This document shows positions 59,430 through 64,000 of a DNA stretch of 64,000 nt, one piece after another (position 1 is the stretch's first letter; every line of letters starts with the position of its first letter). The DNA comes from Nemertoderma westbladi (taxonomy: Eukaryota > Animalia > Xenacoelomorpha). The translations under genes were made by a program, and so were the position numbers. The stretch is taken from the NCBI GenBank assembly GCA_032718475.1, contig JAUCBJ010000267.1:45664-109663 (forward strand), written 5' to 3'. The notes below the pieces were generated by a model. The model searched no databases. It worked only from the letters and a program-made list of their open reading frames with translations, and was not told the origin of the DNA.

Positions 59430-61079
59430 TAGCTGTAGGGGTGGGTGGGGCAGGTCCTACAATCAGTAAGTGTCGCTGTAGGGGTGCGTGGTGGGTGGGG
59501 CAGGTCCTACAAGCAGTAAGTTTAGTTGTAGGGGTGCGTGGTGGGTGGGGTAGGTCCTACAAGCAGTAAGTGTCGCTGTAGGGGTGCGTTGTGGGTGGGC
59601 AGATCCTACAAGCAGTTAAGTGTAGCTGTAGGGGTGCGTGGTAGGTGAGGTAGGTCCTACAAGCAGTAAGTGTAGTTGTAGGGGTGCGTGGTGGGTGGGG
59701 CAGGTCCTACAAGCAGTAAGTGTAGCTGTAGAGGTGCGTGGTGGGTGGGGCAGGTCCTACAAGCAGTAAGTGTAGCTGTAGAGGTGCGTGGTGGGTGGGG
59801 TAGGTCCTACAAGCAGTAAGTGTAGCTGTAGGGGTGCGTGGTGGGTGGGGCAGGTCCTACAAGCAGTTAGTGTAGCTGTAGGGGTGCGTGGTGGGTGGGG
59901 CAGGTCCTACAAGCAGTTAGTGTAGCTGTAGGGGTGCGTGGTGGGTGGGGCAGGTCCTACAAGCAGTTAGTGTAGTTGTAGGGGTGCGTGGTGGGTGGGG
60001 CAGGTCCTACAAGCAGTAAGTGTAGCTGTAGGGGTGCGTGGTGGGTGGGGTAGGTCCTACAAGCAGTTAGTGTAGCTGTAGGGGTGCGTGGTGGGTGGGG
60101 TAGGTCCTACAAGCAGTTAGTGTAGCTGTAGGGGTGCGTGGTGGGTGGGGCAGGTCCTACAAGCAGTTAGTGTAGTTGTAGGGGTGCGTGGTGGGTGGGG
60201 TAGGTACTACAAGCAGTAAGTGTAGCTGTAGGGGTGCGTGGTGGGTGGGGCAGGTCCTACAAGCAGTTAGTGTAGTTGTAGGGGTGCGTGGTGGGTGGGG
60301 TAGGTCCTACAAGCAGTAAGTGTAGCTGTAGGGGTGCGTGGTGGGTGGGGCAGGTGATACAAGCAGTAAGTGCAGCTGTAGGGGTGCGTGGTGGGTGGGG
60401 TAGGTCCTACAAGCAGTAAGTGTAGCTTTAGGGGTGCGTGGTGGGTGGGGTAGGTCCTACAAGCAGTAAGTGTAGCTGTAGGGGTGCGTGTTGGGTGGGG
60501 CAGGTCCTACAAGCAGTAAGTGTAGCTGTAGGGTTTGGTGTGGGTGGGATAGGTCCTCCAAGCAGTAAGTGTAGCAGCAGGGGTTCGTGGTGGGAGGGGA
60601 AGGTCCTACAAGCAGTAAGTGTCGCTGTAGGGGTGCGTGGTGGGTGGGGCAGGTCCTACAAGCAGTAAGTGTCGCTGTAGGGGTGCGTGGTGGGTGGGAC
60701 AGGTCCTCCAAGCAGTAAGTGTAGCAGCAGGGGTTCGTGGTGGGAGGGGCAGGTCCTACAAGCAGTAAGTGTCGCTGTAGGGGTGCGTGGTAGGTGAGGC
60801 AGGTCCTACAAGCAGTAAGTGTAGTTGTAGGGGTGCGTGGTGGGTGGGGCAGGTCCTACAAGCAGTAAGTGTAGCTGTAGGGTTTGGTGTGGGTGGGATA
60901 GGTCCTCCAAGCAGTAAGTGTAGCAGCAGGGGTTCGTGGTGGGAGGGGAAGGTCCTACAAGCAGTAAGTGTCGCTGTAGGGGTGCGTGGTGGGTGGGGCA
61001 GGTCCTACAAGCAGTAAGTGTAGCTGTAGGGTTTGGTGTGGGTGGGACAGGTCCTCCAAGCAGTAAGTGTAGCAGCAGG
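59430..61079. repeat. 50-bp G-rich minisatellite (GGGGTGCGTGGTGGGTGGGGCAGGTCCTACAAGCAGTAAGTGTAGCTGTA), about 33 copies
   Basis: Direct tandem repetition. Variant monomers in the distal part recur at 349- and 149-bp offsets. Confidence 0.96.
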
Positions 61080-61714
61080 TGTACACGAATCCGGTTGTTG
61101 AATTATCAATCTCTATTCATAATAAGGAAATTTGCGGCGCATTGAATTTAAGAACCACCTTAATGGCCCTTTACTTATACACTGAACGGTAAACGGTAAC
61201 CATGGCTACAGTTTTATCTGTGTTAGGCTTCATAATGAACAGTTAACTACAATGTCAGCTTACTGTTGTTGGTTCTATTTGCACAGTGCGATTCCTCGCC
61301 CTGTGATTGGTTAAATGCTTAAATTGGATTCATTATTGGTTTACCAGTATTTAAAGCTGAGTTTATATAACATAATTGTTGTAGATGATTTTAGGACTAA
61401 CGGTATATTATTTAGTTCCCAGGCAAGTACCACTCCTCAAAGTGGCTACTATTTCTTACCAGTTTATTTATGACGGTTTATCTATCAATATTGCAACTAC
61501 TGTAACATTAAAATATACACTTTTATTGTTCTAAGCATTATTAACTCTTGTTTTATTGGTACTAACTGAAACTGCGTATAAAGACAATGTATCCACTAAC
61601 GAACTAATCCCCTGCATAAGTTGACACTTCCCGCAACACTTAGTAAAGGAGCCCGGATTACACCCGGAATTGTGTATAGTAAGAAATAGTTGAATGCGGA
61701 TAAGTGTTCAATTT

Positions 61715-62100
61715 TCTCAGCGCTGTTTCTCAACGCTGTTTCTCAACGTTGTTTCTCATCGCTGTTTCTCAACGCTGTTTCTCAACGCTGTTTCTCATCG
61801 CTGTTTCTCAACGCTGTTTCTCAACGCTGTTTCTCAACGCTGTTTCTCAACGCTGTTTATCATCGCTGTTTCTCATCGCTGTTTCTCATCGCTGTTTCTC
61901 AACGCTGTTTCTCAACGCTGTTTCTCATCGCTGTTTCTCAACGCTGTTTCTCAATGCTGTTTCTCAACGCTGTTTCTCATCGCTGTTTCTCATCGCTGTT
62001 TCTCAACGCTGTTTCTCAACGCTGTTTCTCAACGCTGTTTCTCAACGCTTTTTCTCAACGCTGTTTCTCAACGCTTTTTCTCAACGCTGTTTCTCAACGC
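61715..62100. repeat. 13-bp tandem repeat (CGCTGTTTCTCAA/T), about 30 copies
   Basis: Directly visible in the sequence. Confidence 0.96.
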
Positions 62101-62945
62101 TTAACTCTTCCACAAACTCGTTCTGTTTCGAAAGTCATCTACAAACTGAGACGAAAAGGAAACTGGCTAAGTATCACCTTATGCTATTGATTGTGGTGCA
62201 ATCGGTACTGTAGGCTGTATTTTTGCTTCATTTTCCTAGCCTCTCAAGCGTTTAGTCCTACCTTCTCCTTCCTTGTTCGGTGGTCCCAAATCACTACGAA
62301 CCGGTCTCGGGGACCGGAGATCTGATTGGGCTAGGACTCCTTTTGGGCCAGATTGGTCTGCAAGAGGATATTACATTCCACGCGATCGCCGGAGGGTAAG
62401 AAGGTACCGCTACGATTATCCTGATTTACTACGTGTTTACTAGTAAACCAGGCCCCTTTTAGGACCGGGGTCAGGTCTGAATCCCGTAAAGTATAATTTG
62501 CAACTTTTTATGATCTTAATTTTCTTTTTGAAAGTTAGGTATATAATTTATATTCTGACTCTTTTTCTATTGTAGGAGGCACCACCGACAACAATAGATT
62601 AGTTTTAAAGCTAATGCTATATTTCCGTTTCTATATAATATTACACACATTGTATAGCTAAGTCTAGGCAACATTCAGGTTTAGCTAGCCAGACAATTTA
62701 TTATCTAAATATTGTCTCTAATCCCCCTATTGATAGCATAAGTGATATGCATTTGTGGCGTATCACTAACAAATTTATTACATTTAATTAAATATAAAGT
62801 TATTTTTTCAGATTGCCAGTCAAGAGGGTAACTTAAGTTTATACAAATAAATACTTTAAAAAAAATCCGTGTAAAAATCTGAAAAATTTAATTAAATTAA
62901 TTAATTTTGGCAGACCTGCGAAATATTTATAATCGCTAACAAATA

Positions 62946-64000
62946 ATGTCCACTATTCATAGCCCCCCTGGTTCAGTGGTTGCTAGAGAGGAGACAACCA
63001 ACGTCGACACCACCACGACGATAGTGACTACAGCTGATATTGAACCACCACCACCACTGTTAACCACCATAACCTTAGACAACAACCAACTTTCTCACGG
63101 AAGCGAGAAGTCTGGCTCAAGGGTCGCTTTGAGTCAGAGACACTCCTCACAGCGCTCACTACGCCGAGAGAATGCCGACCCTGGTGCGAATACCGGCGGC
63201 GCACGAAGGAAATCATACCGCCAACGCCAATCTGACGACGTCCCAGCAAGGAAGGTCGACATCCAGACTATCAATCGTGGACTGGGCCAACTATACCACA
63301 ATATGGAGGCTGGTATATCGGAGCTGGAATCGGTCGCTATGACAACTCAACAAGGTCAGTGTACTGTAGATATGAGGCGAAAAGTCGATAGGCTTGCCAG
63401 CAGGTGGATTCAGATTGTAGATCAATACCGCCATCAGTCTCAGTATTTTGAGACCCAGGGTGGCTCTGTCGATGAATATCAACGAGCTCAGAAAAGGTAT
63501 GTACAGTGTAAGGATAGATATACTATATTTTCAGAATGGGTAAGCACTAAGTTGGAACCAATTACATCCCGAGTAAGTACCCAAACAACCTCAGCCGTAA
63601 GTACACCCATTGCTTCTTTAGCCTGGGATAGTTACCCTATTCCGTTTGCAACAGATTCTAGTCAGCACGTGAATCGCACACTTACGCCAATTGTAGCCAG
63701 CCCAGACGTAGACAGACCTACACTAAATTTAGCAATTAGGCCCAATAGTGTAGGTAGGTGTTCTATAGCACGGTCGGGGGCATCTGACGCTGGATCCACA
63801 GTGTCATCTCGAATGAGACGCATAGCCGAGGCTAACCTCTCTGTTCTATCTAAGCGACATGACGAGGAGGACATGATGATGGCTCAACAGATTGAACGGG
63901 AACGGGTTCTGGTCGTGAATAGACTTGCAACTGCGCAAGCTAGTGCTCGAATGGAAGCAGCCAAGAGGCAGGTAGAAGAGGCTAAGGAAGCTGCGAAACT
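62946..64000 (+). CDS. Open reading frame running off the window (>350 aa), probably gag of another LTR retrotransposon
   Basis: Manual translation from ATG 62946 (MSTIHSPPGSVVAREETT...) has no stop to 64000. A Ser/Thr-rich region followed by a coiled coil (SSRMRRIAEANLSVLSKRHDEE...) resembles BEL gag N-termini. It follows an AT-rich leader. No diagnostic motif is reached within the window. Confidence 0.55.
   Translation, partial: MSTIHSPPGSVVAREETTNVDTTTTIVTTADIEPPPPLLTTITLDNNQLSHGSEKSGSRVALSQRHSSQRSLRRENADPGANTGGARRKSYRQRQSDDVPARKVDIQTINRGLGQLYHNMEAGISELESVAMTTQQGQCTVDMRRKVDRLASRWIQIVDQYRHQSQYFETQGGSVDEYQRAQKRYVQCKDRYTIFSEWVSTKLEPITSRVSTQTTSAVSTPIASLAWDSYPIPFATDSSQHVNRTLTPIVASPDVDRPTLNLAIRPNSVGRCSIARSGASDAGSTVSSRMRRIAEANLSVLSKRHDEEDMMMAQQIERERVLVVNRLATAQASARMEAAKRQVEEAKEAAK

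Noticed and set aside
59430-61079. Common origin of the 50-bp and 48-bp repeats
   Set aside because: Only short words (CTGTAG, CAGGT, G-runs) are shared. The 50-mer is better explained by the adjacent exon/donor sequence.
61080-61677. Possible MITE with TGTACACGAATCCGG / CCGGAATTGTGTATA ends
   Set aside because: The inverted repeat is imperfect and I found no convincing TSD.
61690-62213. Three overlapping Cys/Phe-rich ORFs
   Set aside because: They are translations of the stop-free 13-bp tandem repeat.

Overview
Eukaryotic (probably invertebrate animal), repeat-dominated window. A G-rich 48-bp tandem satellite (1-9301, 26101-30488, 52214-54667; roughly 320 monomers with kb-scale block duplications) is interrupted by a short LINE-like 3' fragment and by three BEL/Pao LTR retrotransposons. 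Element A is a near-complete minus-strand copy (9302-26100, 2.2-kb LTRs, TSD GGGAT). Element C is an internally deleted plus-strand copy (30489-52209) carrying a hAT-type MITE. Element B is a deleted relative of C nested in C's 5' LTR (30537-39519, TSD GTACT). The main observation is that none of the three has a TGG-type tRNA primer-binding site. Instead, the 10-11 nt directly after each 5' LTR are the exact reverse complement of a segment inside the element's own LTR. B and C differ by a compensatory base-pair change there, and in all three the segment ends 43-44 nt downstream of a TTAGT initiator-like motif. This suggests tRNA-independent self-priming in BEL/Pao elements. The elements also carry 3' accessory ORFs in place of env: a small CxxC protein shared by both families and, in A, a DEDDy-like 3'-5' exonuclease. 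The last 9 kb hold AT-rich repeat-like DNA, a probable first exon of a MARVEL-like gene followed by a 50-bp minisatellite built from its splice donor, a 13-bp repeat and the start of another gag-like ORF. All calls were made by eye; no database searches were run.
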